IMG/VR virus record: IMGVR_UViG_3300044513_002008
Location: 1 to 36,384 of that record
Reading direction: 5' to 3' (one strand)
Source: a virus
Lineage: Duplodnaviria > Caudoviricetes
Length of the DNA: 36,384 bases
The notes under the pieces are model-generated. The model searched no databases. It was not told where the DNA came from and saw only the letters and a list, made by a program, of their open reading frames with translations. The position numbers and the translations under genes are program-made. Below, piece by piece: positions 25,859-34,998 of the stretch (positions are counted from its first letter, which is position 1; each line of letters starts with the position of its first letter).

Positions 25859-27492
25859 GGGTTGAATTTGAATTAAAGTATAAGGAGGCAGCAAAAAATG
25901 CTACCGAATTAGGCAAAATTGTAAATCAACAAGGCGAGGAAATAAAAAATCTTCAAGGCAATCTTGATGACTTAAAGAAAAGCACAGATAAGTCATCTAA
26001 AGGATTTAAAAGTTTTGGTGTTGCAATAAAAAATATAGGCAAAACTACTGGAATAGTTTATTTAGTTGTAAAGGCTTTTGATATATTAAAAGAAACTTTT
26101 GGTCAAAACCAACAAGTTGTAAATATCTTTAATATAGGAATGGAGGCTTTAAGTTTGGCCTTTAACGACTTCTTTAAGTTTATAAATGACAATGTTGGAA
26201 CGATAGTAGGATATTTTAAAAAGATATTTAGTGACCCAAAACAAGCGGTTTATGATTTTGCTACTGCTATATATGAAAATCTTACAGAAAGATTTAATAG
26301 TTTATTAGACACGTTAGGGTTTTTAGCAAGTGCTGTTAAAAAAGTATTTGAAGGGGATTTTGCTGGTGCATTAGAAGCGGTTAAAAGTGCAGGAAAAGAA
26401 GCGGTAGATGTGATTACAGGAGTACCTGATACTTTTGATAAAATTGTAGAGGTTGCGCCTTCTGTTATTAAAGGAATTACTGAATATGGTAAAAGTACAT
26501 TAAAAGCGGCTCAAGAAACCGTAGAACTAAACAGAGCGGCGGAAGTAGGAATCGCACAAAACCGAATTATCTTAGAACAAAAAGACAGGGAGGCGGAAAA
26601 ACTAAGACAAATTAGGGATGACGAAAGCAAAACCATAGCCCAAAGAATATCAGCTAATAACAAACTTGCAAAAGTATTAGACGAACAAGAGAAGTTAATG
26701 TTAGCTAATGCGGATGCTGTAATAGCTTCGGCACAAGCACAATATAATAAAAACAAAAACGATGAAAACTATATTGCCTTATTAGATGCACGAGCAGAAA
26801 GGGAAGGCATACTTGCGCAAATAGAAGGATTAAGAAGTGAACAATTAGTAAATATAAACTCACTTGAAAGGGAGCGAATTGACAATCAAAAAACCATAGC
26901 GGAGTTATTGGCAGATGAACTCACTCCAATGGAGGAATTGCAAAAGCAACAAGAGGCTGCAATGGCAGAACTCGAACTCTTACACGCAACGGAAGAAGAA
27001 AAACAACAATTAAGGGAGAAGTACGCAAAACTTGAAAACGAACTAACTAAACAAACTCAAATAGAAAATGCGCAAATAGTTACTCAGGCATTAGGACAAA
27101 TAGCGTCTTTAATGGGAGAACAAACTGCATTTGGAAAAGCCGTAGCTGTGGCGCAGGCAACTATTGACACTTATGTAGGGGCAAACAAAGCACTTGCACA
27201 GGGTGGTATATTTGGTGCAATAGGAGCAGCGGGAATAATTGCATCGGGTATTGCAAACGTAAGAACAATACTTGCAACTGAAACACCTTCTGCTCCAAGT
27301 GGTGGAGGTTCTGCTCCATCAACACCATCAGCACCATCGTTTAACGTGGTAGGAGCAGCACCCGAAAACCAATTAGCACAAACCATAGGAGAACAGGAAC
27401 AAAAACCTGTGAAAGCATTTGTAGTATCGCAAGAGGTGTCATCGCAACAGGCATTAGATAGAAACATTGAAAGTAGCGCCTCACTTGGGTAA
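25840..27492 (+). CDS. Tape measure protein (short, 550 aa)
   Basis: Ala/Glu/Lys-rich helical and coiled-coil sequence with amphipathic repeats; KAVAVAQATIDTY...GIANVRTIL near the C-terminus. Confidence 0.7.
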   Translation: MAYKKVGVEFELKYKEAAKNATELGKIVNQQGEEIKNLQGNLDDLKKSTDKSSKGFKSFGVAIKNIGKTTGIVYLVVKAFDILKETFGQNQQVVNIFNIGMEALSLAFNDFFKFINDNVGTIVGYFKKIFSDPKQAVYDFATAIYENLTERFNSLLDTLGFLASAVKKVFEGDFAGALEAVKSAGKEAVDVITGVPDTFDKIVEVAPSVIKGITEYGKSTLKAAQETVELNRAAEVGIAQNRIILEQKDREAEKLRQIRDDESKTIAQRISANNKLAKVLDEQEKLMLANADAVIASAQAQYNKNKNDENYIALLDARAEREGILAQIEGLRSEQLVNINSLERERIDNQKTIAELLADELTPMEELQKQQEAAMAELELLHATEEEKQQLREKYAKLENELTKQTQIENAQIVTQALGQIASLMGEQTAFGKAVAVAQATIDTYVGANKALAQGGIFGAIGAAGIIASGIANVRTILATETPSAPSGGGSAPSTPSAPSFNVVGAAPENQLAQTIGEQEQKPVKAFVVSQEVSSQQALDRNIESSASLG

Positions 27493-27496
27493 AATA

Positions 27497-27528
27497 AAAC
27501 AAAAGTTAAAAAATAATATTGTTATAAT
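27497..27528 (+). promoter_or_regulatory. Putative phage late promoter 3 (leaderless)
   Basis: AAACA(27497)-N15-TATTG(27517)-TTATAAT-ATG(27529). Confidence 0.7.
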
Positions 27529-28545
27529 ATGAATATCGTAGAACTTGTAATTGACGAAAACGATGACGTTTCAGGAATTGAAGCTATAAGCGTTGTAGAA
27601 AGTCCTGCAATAGAGGAAGATTTTATTGCATTAAAAACCCAAGAATTTAAACTTGCAGAGGTAGATAAGGAAAAGCGCATCTTAATGGGCGCAGCACTTG
27701 TACCTAACAAACCTATTTACAGACGAAATGGTGAAGATGAATACTATATTTATTTTTCTAAAGAAACCGTAAGAAAAGCAAGTGAACTATTTTTCATAAG
27801 AGGCAACCAAAACAATTCAACTTTAGAACACAATATGCCATTAACAGGTCTTACTGCGGTTGAAAGTTGGATAGTAGAAGGCGAAAAAGATAAGACAAGA
27901 CATTACGACTTAAATGTGCCTATTGGAACTTGGATGGTATCTATGAAAGTACACAATGACGATGTATGGGATAACTATGTAAAAACTGGAAAGGTAAAAG
28001 GGTTTTCAATAGAGGGATATTTTGCGGACAAATTAAACAGACCACAAGACAAGTCTATAAAAGACGAACTTTCTGAGATTGAAGAAGAAGAAGCACAACA
28101 CATATTAGACCAACTTACAAACCTATTTGATAACGAGCAGGAATTTGAAAGTTATGCGGACTACCCTGATGCAGTAAGTAATAACGCAAAAAGGGGAATA
28201 GAACTAAACGAAAAAGTAAATAACAAATGTGCAACCCAAGTAGGCAAGGTAAGGGCGCAACAATTAGCTAAGGGAGAACCTATAACGGTAGAAACTATAA
28301 AAAGAATGTTTAGTTACCTATCAAGAGCAGAGGAATATTATGATGAGGGTAATAACGAAGCTTGTGGCACTATATCTTATTTATTGTGGGGTGGTAAAGC
28401 AGGATTACGATGGGCAGGTGCTAAACTAAAAGAACTTGACCTATTAGAATCGTCATTAAAAGAACCTTGTCAAGCAGGTTACGAAATGATAGGATTTAAA
28501 ATGAAAAACGGTAAAAGAGTACCTAACTGCGTCCCAATTAAATAA
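27529..28545 (+). CDS. XkdF-like prohead serine protease with C-terminal extension
   Basis: AISVVESPAIE, NSTLEH, VESWIV, GTW...VKTGKVKGFSIEG. Confidence 0.75.
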   Translation: MNIVELVIDENDDVSGIEAISVVESPAIEEDFIALKTQEFKLAEVDKEKRILMGAALVPNKPIYRRNGEDEYYIYFSKETVRKASELFFIRGNQNNSTLEHNMPLTGLTAVESWIVEGEKDKTRHYDLNVPIGTWMVSMKVHNDDVWDNYVKTGKVKGFSIEGYFADKLNRPQDKSIKDELSEIEEEEAQHILDQLTNLFDNEQEFESYADYPDAVSNNAKRGIELNEKVNNKCATQVGKVRAQQLAKGEPITVETIKRMFSYLSRAEEYYDEGNNEACGTISYLLWGGKAGLRWAGAKLKELDLLESSLKEPCQAGYEMIGFKMKNGKRVPNCVPIK

Positions 28546-29171
28546 TGGCAAAAAACACAGCATATAGAGTACACGTTGAGGATGTATCACAATCCGTAGT
28601 CGATAATGTAAATATTGAAAACGGTGCAATGCTTAGGACAGATTCTGCCCTTTATATGGGACACAACTCTCAAAACGTTGTCGTATATCCGCAAGACGTT
28701 ACCACAATAGGAGGATGGGCAAGATACGATGACAGTCAATATACTTCATCAAGTAAACTATCTTTATTAGATGGTATTGAAGTTGTATTACCTAATAACG
28801 CATCAAGTATTTACAGAAGCCATCCATCAATATCGTTTTACAACGGAACTAAAGTAACCGCAGTAAACGAAAATGACGTATATCAGATGACCGTAGTATT
28901 TAGGTGTTCAGCATCAAATGCTAATCAAACATATTTAAGTTTACATTTTGAGGGGGGTAATGGAACTCCATACGACAGAATACGAAGCGATGTAAATTTT
29001 CCAAAAGGTAATGATGTATCACACGATTTTCACGGAATTTTCCAATATTATGCAGATGCAGATTTTGTAACTAATGGTTCAGAATGGAGGATTACCGCAA
29101 ACGGAGGAACTGCAAAAATTTGGGATATTATATTTTTTATACAAAGAACACAAAACGCAGATTTTAGCTAA
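28545..29171 (+). CDS. Hypothetical virion protein (beta-rich)
   Basis: 208-aa ORF in the head cluster. Confidence 0.55.
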   Translation: MAKNTAYRVHVEDVSQSVVDNVNIENGAMLRTDSALYMGHNSQNVVVYPQDVTTIGGWARYDDSQYTSSSKLSLLDGIEVVLPNNASSIYRSHPSISFYNGTKVTAVNENDVYQMTVVFRCSASNANQTYLSLHFEGGNGTPYDRIRSDVNFPKGNDVSHDFHGIFQYYADADFVTNGSEWRITANGGTAKIWDIIFFIQRTQNADFS

Positions 29172-29317
29172 TGAAACAATACAAAGTAAAACCACCTGTA
29201 CCTAATGATGACCGAAGGGGTTGTCTGTGTTGGGAAACTAATACTTATTCAAGAGATTGTTGCGATGGGGATGACCATAGAGCGCAAGGGGTAGGTAATG
29301 TTACAGGAACGGAATAA
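29171..29317 (+). CDS. Small Cys-rich protein (48 aa)
   Basis: RRGCLCWETNTYSRDCCDGDDHRAQGVG; TAATG overlap. Confidence 0.6.
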   Translation: MKQYKVKPPVPNDDRRGCLCWETNTYSRDCCDGDDHRAQGVGNVTGTE

Positions 29318-29322
29318 AAATA

Positions 29323-29356
29323 TAACAACAAAATAAAAAAGTTATTGTATATATAT
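29323..29356 (+). promoter_or_regulatory. Putative phage late promoter 4 (scaffold/capsid)
   Basis: TAACA(29323)-N15-TATTG(29343)TATATA. Confidence 0.72.
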
Positions 29357-29367
29357 AAATATTATTT

Positions 29368-29976
29368 ATGAAAGCAACAGATATGTTAAACAAAGTAAAA
29401 GAGCTTGTTGGGGTTCAACTTGAAGAGGAAGTCCAAGAAGTAAAATTAGCGCAAGCTACTTTGGAAAACGGAACTGTTATAGAAAGTGAAGATTTTGCTA
29501 TTGGTAGTGAAGTTTTTATTGTAACAGACGATGAAAAGGTAGCACTACCTGTAGGCGAATACACTTTAGAAGATGGCGAAATGCTTATCGTAGAAGAAGA
29601 AGGTGTTATTGCTAAGATAGGAAAACCCGAAGAAGCTCCTGAATCAGAAGAAGAAGTAGAAGCTGCTGAGGAAGAAAAAGAAGAAATGGGATATGCAACC
29701 AAAGAAGAACTTGCAGAGGTCAAGTCTATGATTGAAGAAATCAAGGCAATGATTAAAGACAAAGAAGAAATGTCAGAAGAAGTAGAAGAAGCTGACAAAG
29801 AAATCGCCGAGCAAGAGGTTAAAGAAGAACTTTCTAAGGTTGAAGTAGAACTTGAAAAAGTAAAACACAATCCTGAAGCCGAATCACAAAAAGAAATGAA
29901 ACTCTACGGACAAAAAAGAGAATTGACAACTGCCGATAGAGTATTTGCAAGAATTTCAAATATTAAAAACAAATAA
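29368..29976 (+). CDS. Capsid scaffolding protein
   Basis: Very Glu-rich; LPVGEYTLEDG motif; directly before the MCP. Confidence 0.65.
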   Translation: MKATDMLNKVKELVGVQLEEEVQEVKLAQATLENGTVIESEDFAIGSEVFIVTDDEKVALPVGEYTLEDGEMLIVEEEGVIAKIGKPEEAPESEEEVEAAEEEKEEMGYATKEELAEVKSMIEEIKAMIKDKEEMSEEVEEADKEIAEQEVKEELSKVEVELEKVKHNPEAESQKEMKLYGQKRELTTADRVFARISNIKNK

Positions 29977-29986
29977 ATTTTAAAAA

Positions 29987-30943
29987 ATGCCAACAACTAC
30001 AACACAAAACGCAAGTGTAGCTTATAATGGGGAGTTTGCAGGAGAATACATCTCTGCTGCCCTTTTATCAGCAAACACTATTGAGAACGGTGGTATTACT
30101 GTTAAACCTAACGTAAAATATCAGCACGTTATTAAAACTGTAAGCACCGATGACATCGTAAAAGATGCAAGTTGCGATTTTACCGCTACTTCTACTATTA
30201 CTTTGGATGAGAGAACTCTCACTCCCGAATTTCAACAAGTAAACCTACAACTTTGTAAGGCTGACTTTCAAGACGATTTCGAAGCTTTATCTATGGGCTT
30301 TTCTGCTCACGATTCACTTCCTACTAATTTTTCTGATTTCCTTATTGCTCACGTAGCTGCTAAGGTTGCTCAAAGAACTGAAAACAGCATTTGGGCAGGT
30401 TCTACTGCTACAAGTGGACAATTTGATGGTCTTACCACTAAAATTGCTCTTGACGCTAACCTGCCTTCAGGCCAAGAAGTACTTGGTACTTCTGTTAATG
30501 CTGGAAACGTAATTACTGAGCTCGGTTCTATCGTAGATGCTATTCCTTCTGCCCTTTACGGAAGTGAGGATTTGTATTTGTACGTTTCTCAAAACATTGC
30601 AAGAGCTTATGTAAGAGCATTGGGTGGATTTGCTTCTAACTTGGGTGCTGCTGGTATCGACAACAAAGGTACTCAATGGTATGCAGGTGGAGGACTTAGC
30701 TTTGATGGTGTAAAACTATTTGTTGCTAACGGTCTTGCCGATAATACCGCTATGGCTGCTGAAAAAAGCAATTTATATTTTGGCACGGGCTTACTTTCAG
30801 ATTCTCAGCAAGTCAAGGTTATTGATATGGCTGACCTTGACGGTTCTCAAAACGTAAGAGTAGTGATGAGATTTACCGCTGGTGTTGAGTATGGTATCGC
30901 TTCTGATATTGTTACTTACGGAATTACCAACTCTGCCAACTAA
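29987..30943 (+). CDS. Major capsid protein
   Basis: 318 aa; follows the scaffold; high-expression codon bias (gct/act/tct); followed by a hairpin terminator. Confidence 0.8.
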   Translation: MPTTTTQNASVAYNGEFAGEYISAALLSANTIENGGITVKPNVKYQHVIKTVSTDDIVKDASCDFTATSTITLDERTLTPEFQQVNLQLCKADFQDDFEALSMGFSAHDSLPTNFSDFLIAHVAAKVAQRTENSIWAGSTATSGQFDGLTTKIALDANLPSGQEVLGTSVNAGNVITELGSIVDAIPSALYGSEDLYLYVSQNIARAYVRALGGFASNLGAAGIDNKGTQWYAGGGLSFDGVKLFVANGLADNTAMAAEKSNLYFGTGLLSDSQQVKVIDMADLDGSQNVRVVMRFTAGVEYGIASDIVTYGITNSAN

Positions 30944-30962
30944 GAAATAAATAACTAACAAT

Positions 30963-30999
30963 AAAGGGTGGGTGGTTTAAAATCTGCCTACCCTTTTTT
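30963..30999 (+). terminator. Rho-independent terminator after the MCP
   Basis: aaagggtgggtgg...ctgcctacccttt followed by a T-run. Confidence 0.7.
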
Positions 31000-31012
31000 A
31001 ATTTTAAATAAT

Positions 31013-31561
31013 ATGGCTTGTGATTTGACATTAGGGAGAAAAGAACCTTGCAAAGACGTAGTAGGCGGTATTCGTGCGGTATATTTTACTGATTTCGGAG
31101 ATTACGGAACAGTAACCCAAACGAATGACGAAATTACTGATTTGTCAGGTACTTTTACTGCCTTTAAATACGAACTAAAAGGCAATAGTAGTTTTGAACA
31201 AACTATTACTGCTTCTCGTGAGAATGGTACTACATTCTTCGAGCAAACTTTGAACCTTACCCTTAAAAAATTGTCTAAGGAAGATAACAAAGAATTGAAA
31301 CTATTAGCCTATGGCAGACCACACGTTGCGGTTGAAGATTACAACGGAAATGTGTTTGTTATGGGATTGGAACACGGAGCAGAGGTAACAGGAGGAACTA
31401 TTGTAACAGGAGCAGCTATGGGCGACCTTTCGGGATATACCCTAACGCTATCCGCACAAGAAGTTTTACCTGCTAACTTTGTTTCATCACCTACCGCAGC
31501 TGACCCATTTGCTGGTATGGCAAGTGCAACAGTTACAGTAACAGAGGGAACTAACTCTTAA
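31013..31561 (+). CDS. Major tail tube protein (putative)
   Basis: ATG at 31013: MACDLTLGRKEPCKDVVGGI...SRENGTTFFEQTL...GYTLTL; Thr-rich beta protein. Confidence 0.65.
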   Translation: MACDLTLGRKEPCKDVVGGIRAVYFTDFGDYGTVTQTNDEITDLSGTFTAFKYELKGNSSFEQTITASRENGTTFFEQTLNLTLKKLSKEDNKELKLLAYGRPHVAVEDYNGNVFVMGLEHGAEVTGGTIVTGAAMGDLSGYTLTLSAQEVLPANFVSSPTAADPFAGMASATVTVTEGTNS

Positions 31562-31581
31562 CAGTTAGGAATGTTGATTAA

Positions 31582-31608
31582 AGGAGGGCTATATGCCCTC
31601 TTTTTTTT
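31582..31608 (+). terminator. Rho-independent terminator
   Basis: gagggc-tatat-gccctc followed by T8. Confidence 0.8.
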
Positions 31609-31618
31609 GCTTTATAAA

Positions 31619-31650
31619 TAACAAAATCAAAGTTTTTTTATTGTATATAT
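31619..31650 (+). promoter_or_regulatory. Putative phage late promoter 5 (leaderless)
   Basis: TAACA(31619)-N15-TATTG(31639)-TATATAT-ATG(31651). Confidence 0.75.
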
Positions 31651-31992
31651 ATGATAGTATTACAAGAAAGTGCATCTGCGCAAAATTTAGATTTTATACC
31701 AAGACAATTTACAAGTGGTGCTACCTACAATGTTACCATAGTAAACGAACAAACCAACACGGAGGTTTATAACGAAAATGTTACATCAATTACCGAAAAT
31801 TTGTACTACAATAGGCTTAATGCTATCTTTGATGTAAAGCAGGACAATTTTTATATGATTACGGTAAAATCAGGAAGCGATGTAATATTTAAAGACAAAA
31901 TATTCTGTACAAACCAAACGATTAGCGATTATACAGTAAACAATAGTCAATACATAGAGCAGGATACAACTAATGAATTTATATTTATATAA
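31651..31992 (+). CDS. Hypothetical head-associated protein
   Basis: 113-aa ORF before the portal gene. Confidence 0.6.
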   Translation: MIVLQESASAQNLDFIPRQFTSGATYNVTIVNEQTNTEVYNENVTSITENLYYNRLNAIFDVKQDNFYMITVKSGSDVIFKDKIFCTNQTISDYTVNNSQYIEQDTTNEFIFI

Positions 31993-33725
31993 TGGATAAC
32001 GTACATATAGTAAACTTATCTTCCTACAACAGACCCAAGATTACAGAGGACAAAAAACGTGATTGGGTAGAATATGGAGATGATAACGACTTTTACTCTT
32101 ACCTAATAGACCTTTTTGTACAATCTACAACAAACAATGCTATTATTAATGGTGTTAGTCAAATGATTTACGGAAAAGGTTTGGATGCTTTAGATAGTAG
32201 CACTAAAACAGACGAATACGCAGCCCTTAGGTCTATTTTTCACGATTCGTGTCTTAGAAAAATATCCTTTGACCTTAAACTATTAGGTGAGGCAAGTTTT
32301 CAGGTGTTATATAAGGATGGACAAGTAGCAAGAGCCGAACACTTTCCAAGACAAACACTAAGAGCAGAAAAATGTAATGATGATGGTGAAATAGAAGCAT
32401 ATTATTATTTTAATGACTGGTCTAAAATAAAACCAAACGACAAACCAAAAAGAATAGCAGCTTTTGGTTTTGGAAACGGGAAAGAACCTGAAATTAAAAT
32501 GATAAAAAGGTATTTGTCAGGATATGATTACTATTGCCCACCTGATTATATGGGTGGAGTTGCGTATGCAGAACTTGAAAGTGAAGTTGCCGACTATCTT
32601 ATTAATGACGTTCAAAACGGATTTAGCGGAACTAAGGTAGTAAACTTTAATAACGGTGTACCCGATAGGGATAAACAATTACAAATCAAGTCTGATGTAA
32701 TGCGTAAGCTTACAGGCGCAAGAGGCGAAAAGGTGATTATTGCGTTTAACAACAATGCAGAAAGCAAAACAACCGTAGATGATATACCATTAAACGATGC
32801 ACCACAGCATTACGAATACCTATCTAACGAATGTGTAAGCAAATTAATGGTAGCCCACAGAATTACTTCACCTTTGCTTTTAGGTATTAGGGATGGAAAC
32901 AACGGACTTGGAAATAATGCAGACGAAATTAAAACTGCATCTTTGCTTTTCAACAATACAACTATTAGACCTTATCAGGATTTAATAATTGAAAGCATAG
33001 ACGATATTTTAGCTGTTAATGGCATATCCTTAAAACTTTATTTTAAGACCCTACAACCGCTTGAATTTATAGAAACGGACAATGCCATCACAAACGAAGC
33101 AAGAGAGGAAGAAACAGGCGTTAAATTGTCTAAGAAGGACTTTCCTGATGACAAAATGTTTGACCTATTAAATGAGTTTGGAGAGGATGAAAATTTAGAC
33201 GATTGGGAAATTGTAGATGAAAGACCTGTTGATTACGACCAAGAAGAAGTATTAGACAAAATGATAGGACTTGCGAGTACAGGAACTGCAAGACCAACAG
33301 CGGGAAGTGAACAAGACGGTGAAAACGAAGAAGGATTACAATTTAAGGTAAGATACCAATATGCACCTTTAAAAACCCAAGAAAATAGTAGGGAGTTTTG
33401 CAAAAAAATGGTAAGTGCTAAAAAGATATACCGAAAAGAGGACATTATGGCAATGAGCCAAAGAGCAGTAAATGCAGGTTGGGGTCTAAACGGTGCTGAC
33501 ACTTACGATATATGGTTATACAAAGGTGGTGGAGCTTGTCATCATTTTTGGATGCGTAAAACCTATATGGCAAAATCAGAGGGTGTAAAACCTGATGTGG
33601 GAAACCCTAATGCGGAGGTAAGTGTAAACCAAGCAAGAAAAGAAGGTTTTAAACCTGAAACAAACGATAAAAAGGTAGCAACAAGACCCGTTGATATGCC
33701 TAAAAAAGGATTTGTAAATAAATAA
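31992..33725 (+). CDS. Portal protein with C-terminal Cys/His domain
   Basis: WVEYGDDN...STTNNAIING...LMVAHRITSPLLLGI...IRPYQ portal-type motifs; C-terminal SREFC...KGGGACHHFW. Confidence 0.7.
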   Translation: MDNVHIVNLSSYNRPKITEDKKRDWVEYGDDNDFYSYLIDLFVQSTTNNAIINGVSQMIYGKGLDALDSSTKTDEYAALRSIFHDSCLRKISFDLKLLGEASFQVLYKDGQVARAEHFPRQTLRAEKCNDDGEIEAYYYFNDWSKIKPNDKPKRIAAFGFGNGKEPEIKMIKRYLSGYDYYCPPDYMGGVAYAELESEVADYLINDVQNGFSGTKVVNFNNGVPDRDKQLQIKSDVMRKLTGARGEKVIIAFNNNAESKTTVDDIPLNDAPQHYEYLSNECVSKLMVAHRITSPLLLGIRDGNNGLGNNADEIKTASLLFNNTTIRPYQDLIIESIDDILAVNGISLKLYFKTLQPLEFIETDNAITNEAREEETGVKLSKKDFPDDKMFDLLNEFGEDENLDDWEIVDERPVDYDQEEVLDKMIGLASTGTARPTAGSEQDGENEEGLQFKVRYQYAPLKTQENSREFCKKMVSAKKIYRKEDIMAMSQRAVNAGWGLNGADTYDIWLYKGGGACHHFWMRKTYMAKSEGVKPDVGNPNAEVSVNQARKEGFKPETNDKKVATRPVDMPKKGFVNK

Positions 33726-33728
33726 GAA

Positions 33729-34232
33729 ATGGCAGAAGGATTATTTATAACACGTAAGGATTTAGTCAAATTTACTTCTGTAAATGGAAACGTAGATAGT
33801 GATAAGTTTTTGCAATACATTAAAATTGCACAAGACATACACGTTAGAAACTATTTAGGTACAGATTTATTTAACAAGATACAAAACGACATAGAGGCAA
33901 GTACACTTACAGGGGATTATTTGACACTTGTAACAGACTTTGTAAAGCCTATGCTAATACATTGGGCAATGGTTGAGTATTTACCCTTCGCTGCTTATAC
34001 AATAGCAAATAAGGGTGTATTTAAGCACAGTAGTGAAAACGCATCTAATGTAGAAAAAGACGAAGTAGATTTCTTAATAGAAAAAGAAAGAAACATAGCG
34101 CAGTATTATACTGAAAGATTTATAGATTATATGTCATTTAATGCGAGTAGTAAATTCCCTGAATATTACACAAACTCTAACGATGACGTATATCCTGATA
34201 AAAACGCAAATTTTGAAGGATGGGTTTTGTAA
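33729..34232 (+). CDS. Head-tail adaptor-like protein
   Basis: IKIAQDIHVRNYLGTDLF motif; helical; follows the portal. Confidence 0.55.
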   Translation: MAEGLFITRKDLVKFTSVNGNVDSDKFLQYIKIAQDIHVRNYLGTDLFNKIQNDIEASTLTGDYLTLVTDFVKPMLIHWAMVEYLPFAAYTIANKGVFKHSSENASNVEKDEVDFLIEKERNIAQYYTERFIDYMSFNASSKFPEYYTNSNDDVYPDKNANFEGWVL

Positions 34233-34324
34233 GAAACGATTATAAACCTAAACAAATAAATGTAGAGAGGTTAAAGGAGTATCTACAAAAGACATATATA
34301 ACAAAAACCAAAAAAAAGTATTGA
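34220..34324 (+). CDS. Possible small basic peptide (34 aa)
   Basis: MGFVRNDYKPKQINVERLKEYLQK...; overlaps late promoter 6. Confidence 0.35.
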   Translation: MGFVRNDYKPKQINVERLKEYLQKTYITKTKKKY

Positions 34325-34330
34325 TATAAT
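34299..34330 (+). promoter_or_regulatory. Putative phage late promoter 6 (leaderless; fibre operon)
   Basis: TAACA(34299)-N15-TATTG(34319)-ATATAAT-ATG(34331). Confidence 0.75.
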
Positions 34331-34561
34331 ATGGCTAACACAATAAACTGGGGAGAGATATATTGTTATACAGAGTTTGGATTGGAGGACTTTACGGTTG
34401 CCGAATCAATACCTGATTTTTCTGCTCCTGAATGTTTTTTAGATAGCATTACAGGAGGTCAAACAGAAACATTAGCATTAACAATAGACGATACTCTACT
34501 TTATAGCGTAGATAGAACAGATATAACAGCAGATTTAACATTAATAACATTATTTAATTAA
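34331..34561 (+). CDS. Small acidic virion protein
   Basis: MANTINWGEIY...; first gene of the fibre operon. Confidence 0.55.
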   Translation: MANTINWGEIYCYTEFGLEDFTVAESIPDFSAPECFLDSITGGQTETLALTIDDTLLYSVDRTDITADLTLITLFN

Positions 34562-34564
34562 GAT

Positions 34565-34996
34565 ATGGCAAGAGCAACAATAAACGTGGGAACTGCAAAC
34601 GCAGGAGATGGAGAACCACTAAGAAATGCCTTTGTAAAAGTAAACGAAATGACCGCAGATATATATGGTCAAAGTGGAACAGGGGATAGCCTAAGGGGTT
34701 CAACTTCATTAACCGCAGCAGCCGATGTAGATGTAGATTTTGACACCGCTGCTGTTTTTACAATGACATCGAGCATAGCAGTAGATTTAAACTTTACAAA
34801 CGCATCAATAGGAGATGTAAAAGACATTATTGTAACGGATTCAGGAGGTACGTCATCTTTGACCTTTGACACCACTACAAATACTATTACTACGGTAGCA
34901 GGAAGTTATGATGCAACGGCAGGAGCGGTTAATTTTATACAAGTAGTTTGCACCGCTGCAAATACATTCTTTTTATCAATTTCACAAAGCGTATAA
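34565..34996 (+). CDS. Fibre adaptor: T4 gp9/gp10-like N-terminal motif plus adaptor domain (paralog 3)
   Basis: INVGTANAGDGEPLRNAFVKVNEM N-terminus; C-terminal domain homologous to 3242..3601. Confidence 0.6.
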   Translation: MARATINVGTANAGDGEPLRNAFVKVNEMTADIYGQSGTGDSLRGSTSLTAAADVDVDFDTAAVFTMTSSIAVDLNFTNASIGDVKDIIVTDSGGTSSLTFDTTTNTITTVAGSYDATAGAVNFIQVVCTAANTFFLSISQSV

Positions 34997-34998
34997 TT

